The notes under the pieces are model-generated. The model was not told where the DNA came from, made no database searches, and was given only the letters and a program-made list of their open reading frames with translations. A stretch of 63,024 nt of DNA, counting the filler, from Phoronis australis (Eukaryota > Animalia > Phoronida), in assembly GCA_002633005.1 (NCBI GenBank). It is 6 parts of 6 records of this genome, joined end to end, with 100 filler letters (N's around TTAATTAATTAA, not from the genome) between each part and the next. Parts side by side here need not be neighbours in the genome. Positions count along the whole stretch, not along the records: positions 1 to 21,386 come from NMRA01001183.1; positions 21,487 to 44,395 come from NMRA01001382.1; 4 more parts are not named here. One strand, given 5' to 3'. Shown here one piece after another: positions 13,301 to 23,678 of this stretch (position 1 is its first letter; each line of letters starts with the position of its first letter). The translations under genes were made by a program, and so were the position numbers.

Positions 13301-16300
13301 ATGTTTTTTTCAACACAAAATAAATTTCCTTCTCCATTCTGCTTGGATTATGCTAATGAGCTGCATGGTAAAACAAGAAGTGAATGGTCGCAAAATGTCA
13401 TTCATAGTGACGTAAGCGAAGAAAGCCTAAATAAAAACTAAGGCGTAAGAAAAAACAGCTCCCTGGTGTGTTCCAAGTAGAGCCCAGACTAGAACACAGT
13501 TTATTATGTTAAGTAAAATATGATCACAAAAGATAATTTGCTTGAAGGGCCTAACAAAGAATAAAACTGACGAGGAGGTAATTAAGAAAAGACCATGGAT
13601 AGGAGTGGGAAAAATTATTGTGTCGAATTTAATGCAAATCACGTCTGGAGTAATGTGAAACAGTTTACTAAGGGACGCGGTCTTAACAAAGTATTATGAG
13701 GACTGACCACTGTGGTAATCAGTATGGTTGGGGCATTATGAGAACTGACCACTGTGGTAATCAGTATGGTTGGTGTATTATGAGAACTGACCACTGTGGT
13801 AATCAGTATGGTTGGTGTATTATGAGAACTGACCACGGTGGTAATCAGTATGGTTGGTGTATTAATGCGAAAGAAGTACATGGACATAAGCAGAAATTAC
13901 TCAAAGGGAAACAATGCCTATAAATACACGGTATCTCAAAAATGGAGCTAACATTTCAAATGACAATAAAAAAATTACTGTTGCCTCGTTTAATAAAATA
14001 GGAACAAGATTACTGGTTCCAATTCATAAAAAGGTAATCAAAAATGAATTATATCTTTAAATCCAAATAAATGCAATGTATAAATAGTGGCAAAAAGACT
14101 AATCAATGTTTTTTGAGTTTCCAACTTTCCAGTATTGAACATTAAATTTCTGCTCTCCAAAACCGAGTCATTTGTTTGCCATCCCTATATGGATATATAA
14201 CAAGTGACAGCTCGACATGTCTGTTTCACAACAAGTTGAAACTGTACAGTAGGCCCGAGCTCAGAGACTGAGCCAATGGAACTGAATTGAGGTATTGGCT
14301 CTGTACTGAAATGTGCCCGAGCTCAGAGACTGATCCAGTGGAATTGTATTGAGCTATTAGCTCTGTACTTAAGTGTGCCCGAGCTCAGAGACTGAGCCAA
14401 TGGAATTGTATTGAGCTATTAGCTCTGTACTGAAGCATGAGTACATGTTTGGGACACCTTGTACAGTTAACAAGTTGAGCGACCTACATTGTGGTTGAAA
14501 AATATCATTCATATGATGAACGTACAATTACATGGAATCATTTTTGAGAAATTACTATAAGGTACAAACTAAATTTTCAAAGTTTAGTTTTAAATTTCAA
14601 GCAATGCACCAAAAATGACGGCCTTTTCATAAACTTTGACATGTTCAGCAAGATCATCTGAAATTATATCAAGAGGTCAATTGTTCTGCCGAAAAGTCAA
14701 CTTCCAAAACAGTGGATGTACGCACTATTATCAAAAATACATTTAGCTAAATATGCTAAACAACAGCTACGAAATAAAGTTAGTCAATCTTGCATAAAAC
14801 AAACTTGGCTGTATTAACTGACATTATTTTTTAAATATAACTGCATGACACAGACACACGTCACAAACCAGACTCACCTCCTCCGGCAAGTTACGCAGCA
14901 ATTCTTTAGCTTTTCTTACGCTTTTGATACCATCTTCAAATTTATCTTGCTCAAACGACTACAATTAAAAATACAAACGAACAACAAATTATAGATAATA
15001 AAAGAACAGATGAATACACTTGAACAACACTGTTCTGAAATACATCAATGCCATGTTATTTCACACAAACTGCTGCATACTTGCCAGGTACTTTTCCAGC
15101 CTTGTTTTGTTCTAAGCGTGTCAACGTCGTATAACGAGCTCAGGCCAACCCCCCCACCCCCATCAGTCACCCCACCATAGAGTTCTCCCAATAGTCAAGC
15201 ACTACAATGCCTCCAGGTCCCTGCTTCGTACATAATGATGAATACGAGGGCACGTAAAAATTACACCTTAAGGTCAGAATCAATTTCACCCCAAGCAGTT
15301 GCTGTCGGAGGGAATTTTCCTTAATTAGACATAATTTCCATGCCAGAAGGCACAGGTATCTTTCTACTACGGTGAACAAGCCCCACCCCCCTGGCCCAGA
15401 CAATCTCACCCATGTAGACATACTTCAATAATTGTAAATCATAACTGGATTTTATGTCAGTGACTCTACTACTCACCGACTGCGCAATGCATGACAACGC
15501 CTTTACCATGTCGCATTCCACTTGTGCTCTGTTGTTTAGACCACAACTGTCGGCGGACTCAGCACTTTTAACTTTTGTATACACACAATCCAGCCTCTGA
15601 AAATAGATAGTAAATTATGTTGAAGTAGAAGTGATGAACACTACTTGACTGAACAAAATATGATGTACAGGCAATGGCAGTTGAAACTGAAGTAAGCAAA
15701 TAATTAAATGGCTATTAATAATAAGCATTCACAAAGAAACATGCACCTTTAACTAATATACTGCAGTAGAACACACAACTAATATCTCTAACTATCCAGA
15801 ACAATTTCTAATCTATAACAAACCTCTAAGAGTCATCACTTGGTACCTGCATTTTCTTTAAAAAGTTGATAAAATTTGTAAAAATTTAATTTTACATTCA
15901 TTTGCTTAGATTCCATGAACTTGTTTTGGCAACCAACATACCATGATATATTCTATTACTTGGGCTGCATGGGTTGCAATTTCAATCTTACGATTTTTTC
16001 TGTTCAGACAACTTAAAAAAATGTAAAATATTCTCACTGTAAAATAAGAGTTGAGAAACCAATAAACAGACACCACTGGCATTCTGCATTTAAGGCTATC
16101 TCCAATGTTCAATCTCCAGCACTTGTGCTTGACACCCTCCCTCACAACATCCTAGATCTGCCAGTGGAGACTAACCTTCAGAGCTTCATGCAAAACAACA
16201 TCTGCCTTGTCTGGTTTTCTGCAATCTGAAATGTCAGTCATAAAAACAATATTAATAGTCAATAAGGAAGATATCACACAATAAAAATAGTGGAGGAATT

Positions 16301-19300
16301 ATTTAATCGTGGTGCAAAAATATCGAATTTGGCAACCAGAGAATTACAACACAAATTGTACCCTGAACCTCTGCAAATTGACAAGCAGAGTATTACAACA
16401 CAAATTGTTCCCTGCACCTCTGCAATTTGACAAACAGAGTATTACAACACAAATTGTATCCAGCACCTCTGCAATTCCTACCTTTAGTACAAAGTGAAAC
16501 TAGTTGGACGGAATAAGACAATCATGCCATCATGTAGGAAATGGAATTCAAATGTATCTAATGGAATACAATACAGCAAACCTCTGTCATGTGGGGGTTG
16601 TAGTTGCATAGCCTCTCAGATGAGGATCACACACACAAATTTTGAATAAAAAATCACAAGGTGATTCACGATATGGAATTTCACTCTCGGTTTGGGCCCT
16701 GTTACACCAAACTCCAGCCACTGTCAATTAGGACCTTGTTACACCAAACTCCACCCACTGTTGATTTACGGCCCTGTTACACAAAACCCCACCCACTTTC
16801 GGTTAGGGCCCTGTTACACCAAACTTCACCCACTGTCGATTAGGGCCCTGTTACACCAAACTTCACCCATTGTCGATAGGACCCTGTTACACCAAACTCC
16901 ACCCACTTTCAAATAGGGCCCTGTTACACCAAAGTTCACCCACTGTTGATAGGACCCTGTTATACCAAACTCCACCCACTTTCAAATGGGGCCCTGTTAC
17001 ACCAAACTCCACCCACTTTCAAATAGGGCCCTGTTACACCAAACTCCACCCACTTTCAAATAGGGCCCTGTTACACCAAACTCCACTCGAAGTCGAATAG
17101 CGCCTTCTCACACCAAAGTTGTTTTCAAAACACTGCAAGGCCGTTTTGATATCTTGCTCAAACTAACTGGGGATGAGCAGAAATGAGCAAACTCAGCCAA
17201 AAACATGTTTAGAGAGTAATCGCGGGGTCCTAGCTCAAGATTGTACCATACTTATCCAGTTCCCACTTGTTTTTATCCCGTTTTTGACTACTTTAGCCAG
17301 TGACAGGCCCTTAGGTAAAAAAATGTAGAGAAATTATAACTGAAAATTTTTAGTTGGAAGAAATAAAGAGATCAAAACGTTCAATAAAAACCCTGTACAA
17401 AAAGGGCAGCTTTAGCTGATTTAATGGAGGATTTGTCCAACTCAGAATATTCGAAATACAGTGTTCTTAATGAAATGAGGTAGAGTTTGTTGGCACGAAA
17501 AAGTCATCATCTTTAAAAATCTATGTAACTGGATTTAAAAATAAAGCAAAAAATTCAAATAGATAAAACACAACAATAACTGCATTCATTCGCTACATTA
17601 CACTGCACACTATCTTACCTAACCACGCTCTTCCAGTTTTCAGTGCCATCTATTGACCAAAAATTGAGGTTTGAATTATGCAATACAGTGATGGCACAGT
17701 GCACACACAAGGGAATCATAGCAGTTAGCAATGCTCCAGTACCCAGTTGCATGAAACAGTCCCAAATAGGAACTCACAAATGTGGTAAAAATTTAACTGA
17801 AGGCACAGTGTTGTTTCATGCAACAATTCACCACAGGTAAAATATGCTTCATACAGTTGTGAGACAGTAAGAATCAACGATGCATAAATCTTGAGACCTG
17901 ATTTCATAATGACACTGGTCCATTTCATAATGACACTGGTCCATTTCATAGTGACACTGGTCCATTTCATAGTGGCACTGGTCTGTTTCATTGTGACACT
18001 GGTCCATTTCATAATGACACTGGTCCATTTCATAGTGACACTAGTCCATTTCATAATGACACTGGTCCATTTCATAGTGACACTAGTCCATTTCATAGTG
18101 ACACTAGTCCATTTCATAATGACACACGTCCATTTCAATATACAAGTGTGCAAACATGATCAACGCACTCCTTCGTACAAGTGTAGATTTTAGGTAAAAA
18201 GAAAACACATTTGTTATTTTCAATGTTTACAGGTTTCTGACACTTGAAAATAAAATAACGGAAAATTTGAATTTAATAGAAATGTCAATAATATAGAAAA
18301 TAAATGTCGTGTGCCATATTGAAACGAAGTCATGTTTCATTTGCATATTTCAGAAATTAGTTCGTTGGTAATAAAACGTTTCACACGTAGTAGTATGCAG
18401 CTAAGATATGGATCATACAAGCACATGAGCCTAAACACCAGCATAATGTGATAAAAGTGTTCAGTTTAACAAAAATGTAATTTAAATTAAATAGTACCGT
18501 TACTTGTCGCTGTCTTAATTGTTCATCTTCCTCACCAGAAACCATGGAAATAAGTTGGAAAGCTGTTTGCCGAACTGAAAACATGAAAACGCCATCTTGG
18601 AGGAGCCAGCTGCATTTGAATGCAACAACCACATACAGCAATACTCGGTAGATTATACCTTTAGTAGGGTATATGACAAGAGTAAACAGACAAACAGGAC
18701 CCAGAATTCGTCGTCAAGCACCATGAGGCCTAAGTAAAATTCGGTCTACACTGGTACCCATCTCTAATGACCCGGAATGACAAGGAATACATGCCAAAGT
18801 TAATATGGTGGATTGGCAATATTATTATCTTAATTAAGTCTTTGTCGCAATGAGGATTCATTTTTAAATATTTTTGAATCTTATGGTAAAAGAATAAGCT
18901 TGAATAGGATTAGTTTCTGCTGCCTTTACTCAAGGTCATGGGTTCGAGCCCCACCGAAAAACACTGCTAGACCCTTGAGTCAGGTCAATAGCTCCCAAGC
19001 TCTGTTTTCACTGTATATTAATAAAGCATAAAAATGGTGATCAGAGCAATGGGACCTCCTGGGCGACCTGCGCAAGTCCGGTACAGCGTGTACCAGACTG
19101 CCTGCAATTATTTTTTAAAGCCATAAATAAGATGTACTACTTACTGGATGCACAGCACTCTGGGGTTAAAACACCAGCACTAATTTTGACAACAACCCAA
19201 TTCCACAGAAGGACAGCACTCTTTTCAACCTGCAAAAGAAACAAGGTGCTGCCATTCACTAACAGTTAACATTATGGCAATCTCATGTTCTTGGGCTGGG

Positions 19301-20457
19301 TTATTCAGAACCCATAATGGGTAATAAAACAATTATCTTCGCCAGGATCAGAAATCATGTTAAGCTGTGTTTTCTAACACAGGCATCTGGCACAGTTGTA
19401 TGACTACAAGCAGGGTTCACAAAGAACTACTTTCACTGAGCTTGCACAACAATTTCAAAAGACCTATTGTGTGTGAAAAACACCGATGGCTAACAATTGT
19501 CTGAAAAATGTAAAAGCCTGACTACGGGACTGGTTACCCTCATCAAGCCTAAAATGCAACCTTATGACTTTCCAAACTACAGAACAATTGCCATTTTGAA
19601 AAATTGAACCCATTTGAACCATTTAACCCTATTTGGTTCATTATGAAACATGATGGTACAATAAGCTTCTCACACTAGTAACCCAAAGGACTGCAAAGTG
19701 AACACAAAAGTTAAATGACCCATTGATCATTGCACGTTAAGTTACACCCATTCAAAATTTTTAAGTTAATATGAACCCCAAAGTTTAAAAAAACCACAGA
19801 TGCTAACAAGAATGAAATGCGCAGGCTTATCTCTCATTATCCAAAATCTACCATGAGCATATATGCTCCTAGCAAGCCATGGTTAGTTCGCTGGTTTGTT
19901 TACCAAATTCAGGCATCGACGGTCCTGTATAGACCCCTGACCACTTTAACATCGACACTTCATAGTATGACACGTACCAGGCCTCTTGTGGGGGCTTATT
20001 GACAATTTGAATTTTGTTTTCAGGTACTAGGTCATAGGTCTCAAGATAAAGTGTCTAATTCATTGCTAAAAAAATTGTTTGCATGCAAGAGCTGTACTGT
20101 TTAGTTCAGCCGTCGGTGGCCTTTTTGACAGCTGGCATGGTGACTGCTGTGTTGCTTCCACAGGCCTTGCCATTCCTACGTGACATTTTACACAAACAAG
20201 AATGACACAGTCAATTCTTCATTTTTTGGCTTATGACCAGTGTTACCCGAAATCACTCCATGAACTGGTTGTAAGTTTGACATATGTATCCTCGGCTATA
20301 TATCCACTCTAGCATAAACCTACATCACATTGCAATTCCCTGTTTGCAGCTGGTGCCATAGACAGCTGGTCACAGAGCTCATAAAGTTCCAAAGTTTTCT
20401 TTGCAACCATGCCACTTCCTTCATCATCTGTTAATCTTGTCAACTGTTCCACATTTT
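1202..20457 (-). CDS. TEX11: TEX11/ZIP4 (SPO22-domain TPR meiotic crossover protein), 5' half, 15 spliced exons; 3' part lies beyond the left edge
   Basis: Manually spliced GT-AG exons join in compatible phases (1452 nt). Peptides AVLLWNW, MALKTGRAWLD, CYNFGVE..KYEESVAWLQESY, ARTLRLLTNVFIEWD, HGLMWQNAAKCFE and EALQWYNYSL..LAKIYRNKAGC match, in order, motifs recalled from vertebrate TEX11. Confidence 0.92.
1658..1795 (-). CDS. TEX11: TEX11 exon (NSEFTEALQWYNYSL...LGKLTE)
   Basis: gttttcag/gtgatt; TPR motif with WYNYSL. Confidence 0.93.
2358..2446 (-). CDS. TEX11: TEX11 exon (KDRNSKQ...HGLMWQNAAKCFE)
   Basis: gttgcag/gtcatt; phase 1 to 0. Confidence 0.88.
3447..3598 (-). CDS. TEX11: TEX11 exon (RLDFAVAG...AKKVIESCIT)
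   Basis: ttctgcag/gtaagt; phase 2 to 1. Confidence 0.88.
3929..4010 (-). CDS. TEX11: TEX11 exon (AFEDLINDPGFELES...)
   Basis: ttttgcag/gtgact; phase 1 to 2. Confidence 0.82.
5393..5474 (-). CDS. TEX11: TEX11 exon (VKPSTSGIYLMAKVLL...)
   Basis: tttgcag/gtgagg; phase 0 to 1. Confidence 0.87.
5550..5594. repeat. (AAT)n microsatellite
   Basis: Direct read. Confidence 0.9.
6395..6490 (-). CDS. TEX11: TEX11 exon (ARTLRLLTNVFIEWD...LANS)
   Basis: tttaag/gtgagt; 96 nt. Confidence 0.92.
8217..8348 (-). CDS. TEX11: TEX11 exon (QFAVSMMCYNFGVE...VDSSKQ)
   Basis: ttccag/gtgaaa; CYNFGVE SPO22-domain motif. Confidence 0.92.
10230..10808 (-). CDS. intronless 192-aa orphan ORF nested in a TEX11 intron; disordered protein with cell-cycle-type short linear motifs
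   Basis: Longest clean ORF in the window (open from 10922); ATG in strong context gcgATGg; protein-like internal repeat DLNALC[EK]EF with synonymous differences between copies; DKENKEP KEN box; no TE hallmarks. Confidence 0.65.
   Translation of the reverse strand: MAKKPMTKRRSSRFVTFDLNALCEEFNVTTFDKRPADIDLKDTRANLPKGKVFHKRMSTKMDLNALCKEFGVDVTGGDTSTADKENKEPSSSAKVSTPRRGGSLEEDYPSVEIEDLVADLLPKAEEEQEKMDSFKNELIFRKPMVIDTKGDTDSDSDYDTISVINSILQETNDVPTDNNTKKMNINKADIED
11660..12106. mobile_element. second copy of the same element, starting CATGCTAT, truncated at a single N
   Basis: Reverse complement of ~380-839; the apparent empty site is at ~12303. Confidence 0.75.
13694..13865. repeat. 42-bp minisatellite, ~4 copies
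   Basis: Unit ATTATGAGAACTGACCACTGTGGTAATCAGTATGGTTGGTGT. Confidence 0.95.
14253..14434. repeat. ~62-64-bp tandem repeat, 3 copies
   Basis: Unit begins GCCCGAGCTCAGAGACTGA. Confidence 0.9.
14878..14958 (-). CDS. TEX11: TEX11 exon (SFEQDKFEDG...LLRNLPEE)
   Basis: ttgtag/gtgagt; 81 nt. Confidence 0.87.
15477..15596 (-). CDS. TEX11: TEX11 exon (RLDCVYTK...KALSCIAQS)
   Basis: ttttcag/gtgagt; 120 nt, phase 0 to 0. Confidence 0.87.
16176..16225 (-). CDS. TEX11: TEX11 exon (DCRKPDKADVVLHEALK)
   Basis: tttcag/gttagt; phase 1 to 0. Confidence 0.8.
16340..16475. repeat. ~55-bp tandem repeat, ~2.5 copies
   Basis: ttacaacacaaattgt..ctctgcaa recurring. Confidence 0.8.
16690..17090. repeat. 37-39-bp minisatellite, ~10 copies
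   Basis: Core GGGCCCTGTTACACCAAACTCCACCCACT with two variant tails (GTCGAT/TTCAAAT). Confidence 0.95.
17619..17649 (-). CDS. TEX11: TEX11 micro-exon (MALKTGRAWL)
   Basis: 31 nt, tag/gtaaga; corresponds to the MxMRIGKEWLD-type motif. Confidence 0.88.
17900..18138. repeat. 21-bp minisatellite, ~11 copies
   Basis: Unit CATTTCATA(A/G)TGACACT(G/A)GTC. Confidence 0.95.
18498..18574 (-). CDS. TEX11: TEX11 exon (IRQTAFQLISMV...RQRQVT)
   Basis: gttttcag acceptor; donor gtacta (an alternative gtaacg 6 nt earlier is also in frame). Confidence 0.85.
18900..19130 (+). repeat. degenerate tRNA-derived SINE
   Basis: aaggtcatGGGTTCGAGCCCC B box followed by a SINE-like body; A box eroded. Confidence 0.4.
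19145..19229 (-). CDS. TEX11: TEX11 exon (VEKSAVLLWNWVVVK...)
   Basis: ttttgcag/gtaagt; conserved LWNW motif. Confidence 0.9.
20324..20457 (-). CDS. TEX11: TEX11 exon (ENVEQLTRL...NRELQCD)
   Basis: tttgtttcag acceptor, gtaggt donor, phase 1 to 0, open frame. Confidence 0.75.
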
Positions 20458-21250
20458 CTGAAACAAAAACAGTAACAAAGTATTTATAAGAGCACCTGCA
20501 GTGTCCCTGATATTGACTGATATTGGCCACAATGATTCGGTGACTACTTACAGCAGCCTGAGGTCTGAAAGGGTGAAGGTGGCAGTGATTCCGTGGCAAC
20601 TAGTAGGCCGCTATGCTATACACCTTTTTACTGGGATGAGGTTATGTTATGTCTCCAGCCTACTCTAACTCAAAGCGCTTATCCTTAGTACATGGCCCAG
20701 GGCAGAAGCTGGACTGCCAGCCAACCGAGGGCGAGGGGATAGGTGCGTGTTGCCTCTTATCCTGCGATTGAGCTGTATCCAGCAGAGCAAAGACCCCCGG
20801 TGGTTCAACGAGCGAACGTACTTATTTCACGGAAGCAGAACGCAGGCAAACATCGTAACCAGACACTCAGTGACCAGACAAGTATCTTCTTCACTGAATA
20901 ATCAGCTTCAGCGTTCAGCCTGTCTTGCTCTTATGCTGTCTAGTCCTGTCGACAAAGGAAACGTGATTTAGTATGACTACTAGTTGCAGAAAAGACTACC
21001 TTTTATTTTTAGTACAGTTTCAGCAGCAGACACCATGCTCATTGTGACCATAGATACTTCGAGATGTTGCCTTGCTGTTGTCAGTTGTCTGGTAGCCTGC
21101 CGACTGTTCTTCCAGCACACCTCTGCGCAAACGAACAAAGTCCCACGTGACTTCACTCGTCGTCTGCTCGCGCCGTTGAGTGTTTGCTCGAAAGCGTAGA
21201 ATTTGCTCCATACTCTCTGATTGTTGTCGTCTAGCAGTGGGTTAAATTAC

Positions 21251-21287
21251 CTGAATACGGGTGGGTACGAGTAAAAATTCCAAGCAT
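21251..21287 (-). CDS. TEX11: candidate first coding exon of TEX11 (MLGIFTRTHPYS)
   Basis: ATG plus 37 nt ending at CAG|GTAATT in phase 1, compatible with the 20457 acceptor; no sequence similarity support. Confidence 0.25.
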
Positions 21288-21386
21288 GATGTTAAATTGA
21301 ATCGCAAATTCAGTGTCTTTATTTTTGCTATGTTTACCTTCGAGTACAGTGGCGGATCTAGATACCATAAGGGGGGGGGGGGGGAA

Positions 21387-21486
21387 NNNNNNNNNNNNNN
21401 NNNNNNNNNNNNNNNNNNNNNNNNNNNNNNTTAATTAATTAANNNNNNNNNNNNNNNNNNNNNNNNNNNNNNNNNNNNNNNNNNNN
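21387..21486. other. artificial 100-bp contig join (N44-TTAATTAATTAA-N44); also at 44396, 50671, 53944, 58096
   Basis: Identical structure at five positions. Confidence 0.97.
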
Positions 21487-21833
21487 CGCGAACGCCATTC
21501 CTTGCGGAATATGCAAGATGGCAACCGACAAGCCTGCAATGACGTCATTGAGCAGCCATTGCTTCCACTGGTAGGTTCTAACGGTGGTAATAATTGGAAA
21601 AATTGACAACAAGAAATTAGCTACGCAAGAGCCATTTGAACGGCACGTATTCTCACACTTTCGCCGCAGACGTGATTTAAAGGAAGGTTTTTCTGGTGGA
21701 TCATAATGAAGTTCATTTTGGAGCTGCGCGTTAGTGTAGGTTGGTCGGTCAAGATGAATGCGACACCTCGTGGTCGATTCCACAGGTTCTAATTCTAGAT
21801 TTACATTTTCTGTCTTCAGTAAAGGACGCCGAT
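21487..21833 (-). CDS. SLC26 (SulP/prestin/pendrin-like) anion transporter, N-terminal coding exon, truncated by assembly gap
   Basis: Strong ttttcag acceptor; FPIITTVRTYQWKQWLLNDVIAGLSVAILHIPQGMAFA is the SLC26 signature (FP..W...Y....L..D..AG.....PQGMA). Confidence 0.92.
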
Positions 21834-21923
21834 CTGAAAAAGAAAAAAAACAATGTCCCATCAACCTCATGAGAAATCACGTGCACACATTCGAGCAACG
21901 AACGGTCGTTCACAAAAGCGCGC

Positions 21924-21927
<4 letters not shown>

Positions 21928-21957
<30 letters not shown>
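21928..21957. repeat. (CA)n microsatellite
   Basis: Direct read. Confidence 0.95.
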
Positions 21958-21961
<4 letters not shown>

Positions 21962-22952
21962 AAGTACGTGCGCTAGCACACGCATGCATGTTTGGTGTGA
22001 AAAGGCTACATGAGATTAAAATTTGCCAAATGACTACACATGGAAAGACTGTATTTGCCGCTAAACTCCAAACCTAATATAAATAGGAATGCACTTTTCT
22101 TGTTAAAAAGTATGAAATTTCACTGTCGATATTGGCTACTTGACTCGTTGCTGCATATTTAAATTAAAATAAAATCGGTTTTCCTTATTGTTCGGGGTGA
22201 TGGGAGCTTAAAAGCACTAAAATTGCCAAAATACCACTAGAAGGCTCAGTGGTAGTTGAATCCGTACGAAAGTCGTTGTCATCTGTTGTCACATTCAAAA
22301 AATCGCTTGCCAGTTTCACAAAGATTTTGCAAGGGACTTTGTAGATACAGTCGTTTATTGCGGTCTTTTTATTCAATTGTTCCTGAATGAATCGCACTTC
22401 TGATTTCGCGATAAATCTAAAATAGCTGTGTCACGAGGCTCCAGATTGAGACAAGTACGGATTTTATGATCTTTTCTTCAGAATTAGCCTGCTTCTTTGT
22501 GACATGTTTTGACACCATAAGAACTACTGAAACCAGAAGCAACTAGGTCATTAACGAGGTACATCCGCGGAAGCAAAAAACGTAACCAGGGGTGCGTCAC
22601 AATAGTCGGACTCGTCCCAAAATCCGTCTTCTCGCCAGGAATACATGTACATCAGTCAAGTTTCAGAATGATCCTTAAGGCAGTTTGAAGAATAGAAAGG
22701 CGGACGCCAGAAAAAAAACGGACACGGAAATAATAAAACGGACATTTGGAGGCGCGGATTAAGTAAAAAGGCGTCGTCGTCTCCATAGCAGAATATTTTT
22801 TTGTCAAATTTCCTGAAATTTCATCCAGAAACTTGAAAGATACAGAGGCAGAAGTAAATAAATAAACTTGCCACGGAGGTTGTTGGATTTGTCCAAAACT
22901 CATCACCGTCTGTCGTGCGTTTCACAGGAGCACGTTCGGCAAATCTCATTAA

Positions 22953-23649
22953 GGTTATCAGGACCTTAATAAACGACGTCAACTCTTAAGTGAAAAAATA
23001 TCGAAAAATTATGCTTTGCCAACCATTAAAAGTATACACATGTAATTACTGAAAGGAAGAAGATTGAGGACTCTAAAATATGCTTCTTTCAACTGTGTCT
23101 TTATCATTATCACGTGACCACGTTTTTTTATATCAAATTTTCATGTGCAGAAAAGGTACATTCATTGCAAAATAACCCCCGCCGATTTTACTAAAACTTT
23201 TTAAATGAACACTTTGCATTATGTCTTGAAAAACGCTGTTAGAATTGTTATTCAGTTAGTTCTCGTTTTATGCCAAACTAATTCGCAAACAAGGCAATTT
23301 TGTAAAAAAAATAGTGCCTTATTCGTGTATCGCTCTGTACGCTAAAACTAAGCATTTTAAAGCAAAATCCTAACAGCTTTTACCAGATTTGACGTAAAGT
23401 TTTCATTTAAAAAGTTTTAATAAAATTGACAAGGGTGGTTATTATTTACGAATGTGCCTTTCTTGCTCATGAAAATTAGGCTTAAACGTGGTCACGTGAC
23501 AATAGTAAAGACACAGTAGTAAGAAGCATGTTTTTAGAATCCTCGATCTTTCTCCTTTCAGAAAATATGATAATTTTAATGGCTGGCAAAGCATAGTTTT
23601 TCGATATTTGACTTAGAGTTGAGGTACTTTATAAAAATCTTAGATAACC
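22953..23649. mobile_element. palindromic (foldback) MITE with TTAA TSD, Kolobok-type termini
   Basis: ttaa|GGTTATC...GATAACC|ttaa; the two halves are imperfect reverse complements over most of the ~700 bp. Confidence 0.75.
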
Positions 23650-23678
23650 TTAAGATCCTGCATGGATTTTAGGAGATG

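Noticed and set aside
16690-17090. CRISPR-like array (constant ~29-bp core with variable tails)
   Set aside because: The variable parts are only ~8-10 bp and recur as two types; there are no cas genes and the context is a eukaryotic intron. It is a minisatellite.
13639-18193. Repetitive ORFs (NTPTILITTVVSSH, MKWTSVT, GPCYTKLHP)
   Set aside because: Translations of minisatellites, open on both strands or in several frames.
21020-21211. ORF MEQILRFR... as TEX11 first exon
   Set aside because: No GT donor in phase 1 immediately after the plausible N-terminal peptide.
22185-22397. Penelope GIY-YIG remnant (CIYKVPCK)
   Set aside because: Only one short motif; no downstream YIG or RT sequence recognisable.
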